A stretch of DNA of 64,000 bases from Squalus acanthias (taxonomy: Eukaryota): the NCBI GenBank assembly GCA_030390025.1, contig CM059432.1:41046001-41110000 (forward strand). Direction: 5' to 3'. The notes under the pieces are model-generated. The model had not been told where the DNA came from. It saw nothing but the letters and a program-made list of their open reading frames with translations, and did not search any database. Below, one piece after another: positions 11,105-23,125 of the stretch (position 1 is the first letter of the stretch; each line of letters starts with the position of its first letter). The position numbers were made by a program, and so were the translations under genes.

Positions 11105-12292
11105 AACATAAGAACATAAGAAATAGAGCAGGAGTAGGCCATACGGCCCATCGAGCCTGCTCCGCCATTCAATATTATCATGGCTGAACTTTTACATCAA
11201 CTTCACTTTCCTGCCCTATCCCCATATCCCTCGATTCCCTTAGTGCCAAAAATCTATCGATCTCGGTCTTGAACATACTCATTGACTCAGCATCCACAAC
11301 CCTCTGAGGTAGAGAATTCCAAAGATTCACAATCCTCTGAGTGAAGATATTTCTCCTCATCTCGGTCCTAAATGGCCGACCCATTATCCTGAGACTATGA
11401 CCCCTAGTTCTAGACTCTCCAGCCAGGGGTAACAGCTTCACCGCATCTACCCTGTCAAGCCCTCTAAGAATTTTATACGTTTCAATGAGATCACTTCTCA
11501 TTCTTCTAAACTCTAGAGATTATCGGCCCATTCTACTCAATCTCTCCTCATAGGACAGCCCTCTCATACCAAGAATCAATCTAGTGAACCTTCGTTGCAC
11601 CCCCTATAAGGCAAGTATATACTTCCTTAGGTAAGGAGATCAAAACTGTACACTGTACTCCAGGTGTGGTTACACCAAAGCCCTATATAATTGCAGTAAG
11701 ACTTCCTTACTCTGAAACTCCAATCCCCTTGCATTAAAGGCGAACATACCATTTGCCTTCCTAATTGCTTGCTTACCTGCATGTTAACTTTCTGTGATTC
11801 GTATACAAGGACACTCAAATCCTTCTGAATACCAACATTTACTGGTCTCTCACCTTTTAAAAAATATTCTGATTTTCCATTCTTCCAATCAAAGTGGATA
11901 ATTTCACACTTCCCCACATTATACTCCATTTGGCACCTACTTGCCCAATCACTTAACCGGTCTATATCCCTTTGCATCTTACTTTCCCACCTACCTTTGT
12001 ATTGTTAGCAAACTTAGATATGTTACACTTGGTCCCCTCATCTAACTCATTGATATAGATTGTAAATAGCTGAGGCACAAGCACTGATCCTTGCGGCACT
12101 CCACTAGTTACACCCTGCCATCCCAAAAAAGGCTTGTTTATTCCTACTCTATGTTTTCTGTCCATTAACCAATCCTCAATCCATGCTAATATATTACCTT
12201 CAATCCCATGAACCCTAATCTTGTGTAACAACCTTTTGTGTGGCTCCTTATCGAATCCCTTCTAAAAATCCAAATATACTACATCCACTGGT
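11105..12292 (-). mobile_element. CR1 LINE 3' fragment
   Basis: RT ORFs 11962-12231, 11627-11977 and 11178-11501. acataaga tandem tail. Confidence 0.9.
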
Positions 12293-12459
12293 TGCCGGTA
12301 AAGTGTGGGAGAGGTAAATGGAAATTATTGGACATGCTTAGTACAGTGCATTCTTGGAAAGAGTTGATGACTTCTCTTACCTTTGCTAATCTGGTATGGT
12401 CATTAAATTTACTCTGGCATGGCTTAGTCGAGTGGGAGGGAGCTAGAGGTGGCACTCAC

Positions 12460-12595
12460 TTTGACTTTGTGTAGAATGGGCGATATCGATTCAGCTGCCC
12501 GTTATATATCTCTCCCGATTTTAATTTCCATTGAAGTTGGTTGGCTGAATCGATAGCGCCCATTTTACACTACGACTAAAGTCAAAATTACACCC
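12460..12595. mobile_element. Small palindromic MITE
   Basis: tttgacttt..gtgtagaatgggcgatatcgattcagc is inverted against gctgaatcgatagcgcccattttacac..aaagtcaaa. A related end fragment lies at about 25085-25130. Confidence 0.6.
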
Positions 12596-12639
12596 ACTGC
12601 ATAGCAATTTACTGCCATTATGTCTGGGCATCTCTTAAG

Positions 12640-13160
12640 TGCATAATCTAGGCTGACACTCCAGTGCAGTACTGAGGGAACGATACACTGTCAGAGGTGC
12701 TGTAGTATGGATGAGACGTTAAACTGAGGCCCCGTCTGCCCTCTCAGGTGGACGTAAAAGATCACAGGACACCAATGCTTCCTTTAAGCTGCACGGCCGT
12801 GCTGCACTCTAGACCTTCCACGCAGCCAGCTCACCGGCTTTTCAATGGGAAAAACCGCGCACTTGTGGTATTTTGAATGAGCCGTGCAGCCCCTTAAAGG
12901 GGCTACGCATCCAAAAGAATGAAAGGGAACATTGCATGACACTACTTGAATAAGAGCAAGGGAGTTCTCCCGGTGTCATGCCCAATATTCATCTCTCAAC
13001 CAACATCACTAAAACAGATTAACTCATCATTATCTCATTACTGTGTGTGGGATCTTGCTGTGTGCAAATTGATTGCAGCGTTTCCTACATTACAACAGTG
13101 ACTACACTTCAAAAAGTACTTCATTGGTTGTAAAGTGCTTTGGGATGTCCTGAGGTTGTG
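12640..13160 (+). mobile_element. Deu-domain tRNA-derived SINE (SacSINE1-like), interrupted by a hAT MITE
   Basis: Core ggatgagacgttaaac.gaggccccgtctgccctctcaggtggacgtaaaagatc. L2-like tail. Matches 33337-33800. Confidence 0.75.
12773..12934. mobile_element. hAT-type MITE, 162 bp
   Basis: Termini CAATGCTTCCTTT / AAAGGGAACATTG. 8-bp TSD CAGGACAC (12765-12772) / CATGACAC (12935-12942). Confidence 0.75.
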
Positions 13161-13374
13161 AAATGCACAAGTTTTTTCTTTATTTTTATGCCAGAGAATT
13201 ACCTACTCTGCCTTAGTATTTCCAGGCCCCAACAGAGAACTTGGGGGCTTCTCTGCCCACCTGCAGACCTGGCAGCATTCTGCAATCTTTTAGATCTTTT
13301 TTAATTGAATAGAAATGGTAATGATAATGCCTGCCGGTTTAAGCTACCTCAGGCCTTTAAATCCTGCAGTACTA

Positions 13375-13575
13375 CACTTGGCTCAGTGATGGAACTCTTG
13401 CCTTAGAATCAAATGATTGTCAAATCAAGCTCTGCTGCAAGACTTGGGCACATAATCTAGTCTGATACTTCAGTGCAGCACTGACGGAGTGTTCCACGTC
13501 TTTCGTCTGTCTGTTCAAGTGACTGTAAAGATCCCATGGCACTATTTAAAGAGCAGGGGAGCTCTCCAGGCATCT
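13375..13575 (+). mobile_element. Degraded 5' part of the same Deu-type SINE
   Basis: cttggctcagtg A-box head, gcacataatctag.ctga.act, aaagatcccatggcactatt. Confidence 0.6.
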
Positions 13576-13959
13576 TTCTTCTTTGTATTTCCCATCCGAA
13601 ATGAGTAAGCATTTCTGATGCCTGGAGCTCGCTCAAAACATTATAATGAGGCTGACCCTGGATATAACGAAGGGGGCATCACTCATCATGTCGGTTGGGT
13701 GTGAATTGCTTTCCATCCTACTTCTGGTCATAAGATCCACTATCTAGGCTTACACATGATGAATGGCCACTTGGATGTCTGTGGAGGCAGCAAGACTCAA
13801 TGCTATCAGAAGAGGAGTAAATTTGTAAAAATAGAAGCTTCTTTTCCCCCAGCTTTAGGTTATCCTTACCACTCCTCAACTATATGTTAACTTTCATCTG
13901 AAAATTTAGCCCCCCACCCAGATTTTTTTGTACAATTTATCTAGTACTAACTGTGCTTC

Positions 13960-14997
13960 TGTTTCTTTTTTTTTTATTCGTTCCTGGGATGTGGGCATCG
14001 CTGGCAAGGCCTGCATTTATAGCCCATCCCTAATTGCCCTCGAGAAGGTAGAGGTAAGCCGCCTTCCTGAACTGCTGCAGTCAGTGTGGTGAAGGAACTC
14101 CCATAGTGCTGTTAGGGAGGGAGTTTCAGGATTTTGACCCAGTGACTATGAAAGAACGACGATATACTTCCAAGTCAGGATGGTGTGTAAGTTGCAGGTG
14201 GTGGTGTTCCCATGCGCCGGCTGCCCTTGTCCTTCTAGGCGGTAGAGGTCGCGGTTTGGGAGGTGCTACCGAAGAAGTCTTGGCGAGTTGCTGCAGTGTA
14301 TCTTGTAGATGGTACACACTGCAGCCACGGACGGCCGGTGGTGGAGGGAGTGAATGTTTAAGGTGGTGAATGGGGTGCCAATCAGGCGGGCTGCTTTGTC
14401 CTGGATGGTGTCGAGCTTCTTGAGTGTTGTTGGAGCTGCACTCATTCAAGCAAGTGGAGAGTATTCCATCACACTCTTGACTTGTGCCTTGTAGATGGTG
14501 GAAAGGCTTTCGGGAGGTGAGACACTCGCCGCAGAATACCCAGCCTCTGACCTGCTCTTGTTGCCACAATATTTATGTGGCTGGTCCAGTTTAGTTGCTG
14601 GTCAATGGTGACTCCCAGGATGTTGATGGTGGGGGATTCGGTGGTAATGCTGTTGAATGTCAAGGGGTGGTGGTTAGACTCTCGCTTGCTGGCGATAGTC
14701 ATTGCCTGGTTCTTGTATGGCACGAATGTTACCTGCCACTTATCAGCCCAAGCCTGAATGCTGTCCAGGTTTTGCTGCATGCGGGCATTGACTGCTTCAT
14801 TATCTGAGGAGTTGCAAATAGAACTGAACACTGTGCAATCATCAGCGAACATCCCCACTTCTGACCTTATGATGGAGGGAAGGTCTTTGATGAAACAGCT
14901 GAAGATGGTTGGGCCTAGGACACCGCCCTGAGGAACTCCTGCAGCGATGTCCTGGGGCTGAGATGATTGACCTCCAACAACCACAACCATCTTCCTT
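13960..14997 (-). mobile_element. CR1/L2-group LINE 3' fragment (same family as 1-1058)
   Basis: ORF 14469-14990 has GVPQGGVLGP and FADD. Poly-T run (A tail) at about 13966-13975. Confidence 0.88.
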
Positions 14998-15986
14998 CAA
15001 TGTTTACTGAAAGCCTTAAGAAAATCAATATCTCTTTCTATCTAAAAACAAAGTTTAATTTACATTAATTGTACTAACTAAAACCACTGCTACAATTATT
15101 CACCATTTTACACTACAGAAGAAACAAAATTCCACTCAGCCTGTCCTCCACCATGTTTACTGCTCTCTTAAGGGTTAATTCTGCACTCCTACTGGAGGGC
15201 TGCACTTGCAGGGGGTGCGCTTCTTAGAATTGGGACAACGTTGTAGCCCTATGTATGACCTGCGCTCCCTTTGAGTACGGCTTCCCCACTCAGGACACAG
15301 GATTGCAGAATTGGCTCTTTAGTGTTTACCTATGCTACACACCATATCCTGGCCAAGAGGGTTGGCAATTAATTTATTCTGAGGGCTTTACCAGGGATTT
15401 TCTTCAGCTAACTTTTAGGAGGCCCAAGAGAATGGCCTGGATTGATTCAGTTGGCAATTTAAATCTCTTTCCCCTGCAGAAAACCGCTTGGCACCCAGAT
15501 GAAAATGCAAATTAACCATATGGATAATTGCAGGCTCCATTCCACTGCACAGCATCAATATTACTGTGCTACATACTAAATTAACATTATAAATCATGGT
15601 GCGGTCACATAAAAATTCTAGCTATTGAAGGAAATAGAGATGAACTTTATTATATATATTCAATAATAAATATACACTGTATCCTTCATAATAGCTGTTT
15701 TCTAGCCTACAAGCTACCAAAATAAATATAACTACATTTCCAACATGCGATAGTATGAAAGTTGACCTTGAGTAATATAAACAATGCTTTCACAATAGTA
15801 ACTAAACAAAATCATTCCAATCATAATTACATTTTCATTTCAGTCTTATAAAATACAGCTTTACTATAGTATGCTGATGAACATACAAGAAAAAAAACTT
15901 ATTCCCGATGTTGGAAATTCATTTGACCTAGTTTAACTATGGTAAAAGTTTCAATTTTCCAATATAATCTTTGAGAAAATACTGAC

Positions 15987-16081
15987 CTGAATTTTAATGC
16001 ACTTGCAGGGATCATAAAAAGGTTTTGTCATTCGATTGCCTCAGTACTGTGTAAATCGTCCAACTGCTCATCTGCTCCAAC
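15987..16081 (-). other. Candidate non-coding (5'UTR) exon of the RING finger gene
   Basis: On the minus strand: branch-like CTGAC, tract TTTTTTGTCTTGCC, acceptor AAG|G at 16082 and donor CAG|GTCAGT at 15986. It lies in unique AT-rich DNA and has stops in all three frames. Confidence 0.5.
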
Positions 16082-16548
16082 CTTCAATTCAGGCAAGACA
16101 AAAAAGGTCAGTTGTCATGTTTCCAAAGACACCCACAGCTAGTTGTTCAAGGGAGAAAACAATAAGCTGTTGTTCACGTGAGCCAATCTCTTGAAGCAAA
16201 CCACATTCATATTATATGTCAACAGCTCTCTTCAAGTAAAAGATCTTCAATAATTTTGCTATTATGAAATAATCTAAAACTACATAGTTTCATCATTATT
16301 TCTAAGTGTATTTTTCCATATACAAACAAGAAAATACTATAATGAACAAAGCAAAGGTAACAAAAGAATCACTCGAGTGTGAGGCATTTCCATTTTCAGT
16401 CTACTCTCCTCTAACCCGCCCTGCTTTAATGGCTTTTGATCAGTTAAATTTGCCACTTTTTACATTTTCCACTGTAGAACTTTCATAAAAACTCCAATGG
16501 CAAACACAGCTTCCCTTTATTTTCTCTGAGTTTTGTGAATCCCTCACC

Positions 16549-17088
16549 GCGAAGCTAATGACAGAGTGGTCAATTCATGGGGTATCTCTTCCTCGCCACA
16601 AGTTGCTGGCCGATTTGCGCATTAATAACAGCGTGTGTCGTTCACACGCCGTTATTCAACAAATGTTAGGCCAATGCAGCTCTGCTGCATGCTGCAGAAG
16701 TCTCATGCATAATATTATTCAAAAACTTACAATAACATCCTATCGTAATGTGATAATAATAGAAAATCACTAAAGCAAGTCACCCAATAAAAGTCTGCAT
16801 GAAGTCCACACTTAAGATACTTGTACAACATCGAGAGTACTGTGAATTTTCTCATTGTTAAAACTGTAATTTATGTAATAGATGCATAATTTGGTAATTA
16901 TTATTGTAAGTTTTTGAATAATATTATGCAGGAGACTTCTCCAGCATGTATGCAGAGCTACATTGACCTAACATTTTTTGAATAACGGCGTGTGAACGAC
17001 GCACGCCGTTATTAATGTGCAAATCAGCCAGCAACTTGTGGCGAGGAAGAAATACCCCATGAATCGGCCACTCCGTTGTTAGCTTTGC
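16549..17088. repeat. Long inverted repeat: arms 16549-16735 and 16901-17088, spacer 165 bp
   Basis: The arms align as reverse complements over about 187 bp with scattered mismatches. Confidence 0.85.
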
Positions 17089-17697
17089 TGAAACGACATC
17101 TCAGCCTTAACCTTCCCGAGTTTCATGAAATTGCTGCATTAACACATTAATTTGCCTATCAAACTTGCCACAAAAAGTGAAGTCTAGTAATTAACAGCGC
17201 AAGTACCCTTATAACATGATAATTGTTAATGACTGCCAATCAACCTCTCTTGCCCAGAAAGTGAACAATTAAAAGTGTGGAGTCTCATTCCTTCAGATTG
17301 TGAATTGTTGTTGGAGATTTTAAAAATGTCAAATTTTAAATTTTATTTTTTCTTGCTTTTCCTTTCTGTCACTCTTTTCTCTCTCTCAATCCAATCTTTC
17401 TTTCTGTTTCCTTTTTCTTTTCCTGTACCCAATTTGACATTGAATTCACCCACTCTAATTCACCATCCTTCTCAGTCCTTCCTGTTTATTTCTCAATCCT
17501 TCAATCTCATTGGTTAAGGAGATACACGGTTTGTCCCGTTGTTCACCAAGGTCCCAGATGCCCTGTTGCCCTTGCAGCGTTATCATCAGCTCACACTTCC
17601 AGAAACCTTGTGGGCAAAAAATGTTAAAACCTAAACGTGCGCAAAAAAGTCTACAGGGCACGCTGCAAGTTGCCATGCTCAAGCAAAATCAGGGCCA
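16965..17697. mobile_element. Possible Harbinger-type MITE (third family)
   Basis: Ends G(A/G)CCTAACATTT..TTGA and TCAAGCAAAATCAGGGCC resemble GGCC-terminated TIRs but are degenerate. Confidence 0.4.
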
Positions 17698-18571
17698 ATA
17701 ATTAAATGTACTTGTGCGACAAATTCCATGGCCTTCTCACTGTGCAAGGGCAGATACGCACAGGACTAACATTTTCTATAAATATATATGAATAATTTCT
17801 GTATAAATTTAAAGCTAAAGCTAAGGCAAGGTGAAGCTTAAAATGGCTGCTGGGCTCCAGTTCATCTGGCTTTTGGAAGGTGTCCTTTGTCCTTAACTTG
17901 CACATTGTTTAATGTGTTATTAAACCAGGAAGACATTGTTTGGGACATGTGAACAACACATTTAGTGGATTATTCACTCTGGAATCATTAAGCCATTTAG
18001 GCTATGATACTAATAGGAATTATTTTGCCCTGGATTTTCTTTTCCGGCAGTACTGCTGCCAGAATTGTGGCAAAATAGGCTTTGTGCCTGCCTGATCCTG
18101 ATGAATTTTCCATTTTCACTTGCCCAAGTACAATGGCTCTCTGCCACTCACCACTGGGGGGCAGGGGGCTAGGATTACCATTGCTGCAGGAGACAGACGC
18201 CAGCAGCAGCTTGAAAAGGACAGGCAGCCTCAAAGATTAAAAAAATCCTTGAAGTGGCAAAATCTACTGAAGTAGGACTACCACTCCTTGGTGCTGCAGT
18301 ATTTAGGCTACTACCTAACTCCAGTCCATTTACATATTTTGGGCCGTTCTACCTCCCTTCACAATGCTGGATGCCTGTTGAATATCGGTGCTTTTAGTGT
18401 CCAGTGCTGCCAAAGCAACAATGACGGAAAGTGTGAAATATGTCATTACTCCATCATTATATTTTCAGGTAAATGCACTTGCTCATTTTTGGGTATTCAG
18501 CAGAGGTGACAAAGAAAGATTTGACACAACCAAAAATGGGTGTAGATCTGGCGTAATGAATCCCCAATCCA

Positions 18572-19520
18572 TTAGACTTCAATGTAGGGGGCATGATTAA
18601 GAAGTTAGCAGATGATACAAAAATTGGCCATGTGGTTGATAGCGAGGAAGAAATCTGTAGACTGCAGGAAGATATCAATGGACTGGTTAGGTGGGCAGAA
18701 AAGTGGCAAATGGAATTCAATCCGGAGAAGTGTGAGGTAATGCATTTGGGCAGGGCTAACAAGGCAAGGGAATACAGAATAAATGGTAGGATACTGAGAA
18801 GTGTAGAGGAACAGAAGAACCTTGGAGTGCATATTCACAGATCCCTGAAGGTAGCAGGACATGTAGATAAGGTGGTTAAGAAAGCATACGGGATGCTTTC
18901 CTTTATTAGCCAAGGCACAGAATATAAGAGCAAGGAGGTTATGCTAGAACTGTGTAAAACACTTAGTTAGGCCATAGCTAGAGTACTGCATACAGTTCTG
19001 GTCACCACATTACAGGAAAGATGTGATTGCACTAGAGAGAGTACAGAGGACATTTAAGAGGATGTTGCCAGGATAACTAGGAGGAAAGATTGGATAGGCT
19101 GGGGTTGTTTTATTTGGAACAGAGGAGCCTGGGGGGAGATTTAATGGAGGTGTATAAAATTATGAGGGGCCTAGACAGAGTGGATAGGAAGGACCTATTT
19201 CCCTTAGCAGAGAGGTCAATAACCAGGTGGCATAGATTTAAAGTAACTGGTAGAAGAATTAGAGGGGAGATGAGGAGAACTTTTTTCACCCAGAGGGTGG
19301 TGGGGGTCTAGAACTCACTGCCTGAAAGGGTGGTAGAGGCAGAAACCCTCAGCGCATTTAAAAAGTACTTGGATATGCACTTGAAGTGCCGTAACCTACA
19401 CGGCTACGGAGCAAGAGCTGGAAAGTGGGATTAGGCTGGATAGCTCTTTTCGGCCGGCACAAACACGATGGGCCAAATGGCAACCTTATGTGCCGTAAAT
19501 TTCTATGATTCTATTCTATT
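18572..19520 (+). mobile_element. CR1 LINE 3' fragment
   Basis: ORFs 18593-18970 (ADDTK, WQMEFNPEKC) and 19090-19311. ttctatgattctattctat tail. Confidence 0.9.
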
Positions 19521-20834
19521 TTTCATTCTTGCTTACAAATGGAAATTGCTGCACAGGAAAATCAAAGGCAAATAGGAAAATTAAGCCTTAGGTGTGTGGA
19601 ACTCAAGAGGATTCAACCATGAAAGTGTTTGGAAACCAGAGTAGTCCTGGTTGGAACGGAACAGAAAGCTTGCGCCATTTTGGCAGAGTGTAACTTTAAA
19701 AAGAACAAACTGTTTACTGACATCATTATACCAAAAGTTTTGCTGTCATGTATCACATTTGTTTAACCACTGCAAATAAATCTATTAGTTAATTCCTAAT
19801 CTGAGCCAAGCTTGAGTGTGGTGTGTCTTCTGGTGTGGCTTGGAGAGAAGTAAAATGCTGAGGGCACAGTGAACTAGGCCTTTCCCCTTGGCCCTGGGTT
19901 TTTTCTGTTTTTTTTGCCTCTCCCGGGAGATTTCTGCAGGAGGGTTGGGGGGAGGGGGAGGATGTGTCTTGTCATGATGCTTCAGTCATCATGAGTATGG
20001 GGCAGGCTTGATGGTCCAGCTGGTCTTTTCCAGCCTGTCAATTTCATATGCTTATATGTGCGAGTGCTAAAGGATAGGAGATCTCTGCAGGGGCAGAAAA
20101 TTGAGTGGATGCAGCTTCTTGTGCATTTTTAAAAATCATTGTCCTCTTTGTATATCTCTGGCTTTTCTCGCTCTTTCCATAAATTTCCTCTTTTCTAGAT
20201 CTCACTCTCTATATACCACTCCCACACTTTTTCTCTCTTTCATTTTCTGTATTTTCTTCCCTTCTGACTTCCCAGAGAGACATGAAGCCAGACCCTGGCT
20301 TCAGTCCTCTGATAGTCACAGTAGGGGCAGGCAGTGGAAGGGAGATGGGGAGCTCAGGTCAAGAGGGAATGGGGAAGCTGGGACCCAGACTGGGATATGC
20401 TAAAAAGCTCCCACGAATGCTATGTTACTTAATATTTTCAATTTTGGCAATGAGAACAAATGCAAGGCAATTTGTTGACTTTAAGTGCAGCAGAGACATT
20501 AGAAATGGCCTCAGCATTCTTGGGTTAGGGAAAAGACAACATACAGCCAAGTTTCCTACTTATGATTTCTATCCAATAGTGTCTGCTGAAGTACACATGT
20601 GCAGTATTGGACTGAACTGTGATGACTCAAAAGCTTGATCACATTTTAGATTCACAGATAAATAGTGGCCATCTAGGTGAGTTAGCAGAGGGCTACTGCC
20701 ACCCACCATAGCAGCAGTCAGGATAGGTAAAGTGAAGAAACTGGAGAAGAAAAAATATATATATTGAAACTATACTTAAATTGCTAAAAAAAAATGATAG
20801 GATGTATAGCAGGGTGGTGGATAGTGAAGAGAAC

Positions 20835-21910
20835 ACTAAGCATAAAGTAAAACAGGAATTTGATTAGGAGGGGCAAAACCAGCATTGAAGAGGAAGGGTT
20901 TTAAGGAGGTTTGTGAAGGCAGAAAGGGAGATAACAAGGTATGGATGTTGAGGGAGGAAGTTCCAGAGTGTGGAAAAATAGTGGCTGAAGGAGTGGCTTC
21001 CCATGGTGGAGTGGGGAATGAGAAGTAGACCTGTGTTTGAGGACTGGAAGTGGAGCATGGATACATGTAGCTGGAGGATATCCCAGTGGTAGGGAGGGTC
21101 AAGGCCATGGAGGAACTTGAAGGTGAGGATGAGTATCTTAGTCGATTCTACAGGGAACGGGAAGTCAGTAGCGCGTGGGATGCAAGCCTTTGTGTGGGTG
21201 AGAACAGGTGTGTGGCATTCTGGGTGATTTGTCACTTGAGGGGTGGGAAGCGGTGAAGCCGGTAAGGAATACATAGGAGAAGTTCAGCCGCAAGCTGATA
21301 AAAATATGGATTAGGGTTTCAGTGACAAAGCTAACTCAGCACAGAGGTGATGTTTTGGAGGTGAAGGGAAGCAGTCTTGGTGACGGATTGAATGTGGGGG
21401 AGGTAGTGGAGCTCAGGATCGAACAATACCTCAAGGTTCTGCACATCTGGGTTTAGCCTGAGCTGGCAGCTGAGAAGTCAAGGTGAGAGGCACACGGGTG
21501 TTTGCAGGTGATCAGAAAGATAGCTTTGATTTTGTCAGCATTAAGCTGAAACAAGTTTAGGTCACTTAGATCTTGTCAGACAAGCAGTTGGAGTGGCAAT
21601 GGCCGTGGGTATCAAAGGAGAAAGTATTGTTGTTGGCTTACTTGTGAAAACTAATCCATTGTTTCTAGATGATGTCACTGAGGAGTAGTATGTAAAAGAG
21701 GTAGAGAAAGAAGTCAAAAAAGAGGTATACTAGAAGTGACTGTGGGGGTATGGGAGAGGAAGCCACTGGAGGTGATGTAGTGTCTTGATGTGACTGATAG
21801 AAGTGGAACCATTACAACAACTGCCGTGAAACAGAGACATCAAGGATTATTAGAATGTACTGTACACATAATGTGGTCAGTAACTTTGACAAGTGCAGTC
21901 TCTGTGCTGT
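20835..21910 (-). mobile_element. Degraded L2 LINE
   Basis: KILILTFKFLHGL-type residues in ORF 20864-21274. Resembles the reverse complement of 49600-50830. Confidence 0.6.
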
Positions 21911-22115
21911 GGAAGGGAAGACGACTTATTGGAGGGCCTCAAACAAGGAGTAATGGAGATGATTGGAGGAGACAGTTTACAGTGGAGGAGTTAGGAACGG
22001 TTCTTACTTTCCAGATGATCTTATAGTAGTAGTAGTAGTATTTGGTTAAAAAGGAGCAACTGTGGAACATAAGGTGGTAGCGCCATATTAGGTGATGAAC
22101 AGATTGATTGGGTAC

Positions 22116-22242
22116 GATAGCAAAATACTGCGGATGCTGGAAATCCGAAATAACAACAGAAAACGCTGGAAAAACTCAGCAGGCCAGGCAACATCCGTGG
22201 AGAGAGAAACAGAGTTAACGTTTCAGGTCGAAGACCTTTCGT
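22116..22242 (-). mobile_element. Solo Penelope pLTR insert with hammerhead core and 16-bp target duplication
   Basis: Near-identical to 4369-4497. CAGATTGATTGGGTAC is duplicated at 22100-22115 and 22243-22258. Minus strand reads CTGACGA-A-AGGTC-TTC-GACCT-GAAA-CG-TT-AACT. Confidence 0.88.
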
Positions 22243-22499
22243 CAGATTGATTGGGTACTCTTCAAGTGTGCACAAACATACAATATGCAAATTTGCAGCC
22301 ATGGAGGTGGCTGTTGTACCAAGCAGAGTAATCTGGGGTCTGGTGGTCGAAGAATAATCTAGCATTGATGTGGTGCCCATGCAAGGTCATTGAGTGAGGA
22401 CCTTGGTTGCACAGAAGCTTGCAGATTACATGTTGAGTGCCAGAAAGATGGCTGGAGGATCAGTGCTGGTATTGAGGGCCAAGGTTTGATGGTCTGAAG

Positions 22500-23125
22500 A
22501 CATGACTTCAGGTTCTACATGTACGCTGACGACACCCAGCTCTACCTCACCACCACCTCTGCCAACCCCTCTACTGCTTCTGTGTTAGCAGACTGGATTT
22601 CCTCCAATAAAACATTGGGAAGACCAAAGTCATCGCCTTCAGCTCCCCGCCACAAACTCTGTTCCCTTGACACCGATTCCATCCCCCTCCCTGACCACTG
22701 TCTCAGCCTGAACTAGACTGTACGCAACCTCTGCGTTCTATTTGATCCTGAGCTGAGCTTCTGACCCCTTTTCCTCTTTATCACAAAGACCCTCTACTTT
22801 CACCGACATAACATTGCCCATCTCCGCCCCTGCCTCCCCTTATCTGCTGCTGAAACCCTCACCCATGCTTTTGTTACTTCCAGAATTGGCTATTCAAATG
22901 CTCTCCTGTCCGGCCTCCCATCTTCCACTCTCCATAAACTTGAGCTCATCCAAAACTCTGCTACCTATATCCTAACCCGCACCAAGTCTCGTACATCATT
23001 ACTCCTAAGCTTGCTGACCTACATTGGCTCCCGGTCCACCAACGCCTCGATTTTACAATTCACATCCTCGTGTTCAAATCCCTCCATGGCCTCGCTCCTC
23101 CCTATCTCTGTAGCCTTCTCCACTA
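22500..23125 (+). mobile_element. L2 LINE RT fragment
   Basis: MYADDTQLYL (ORF 22519-22716) and a downstream LHWLP-type region. Similar to 49990-50610. Confidence 0.8.
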
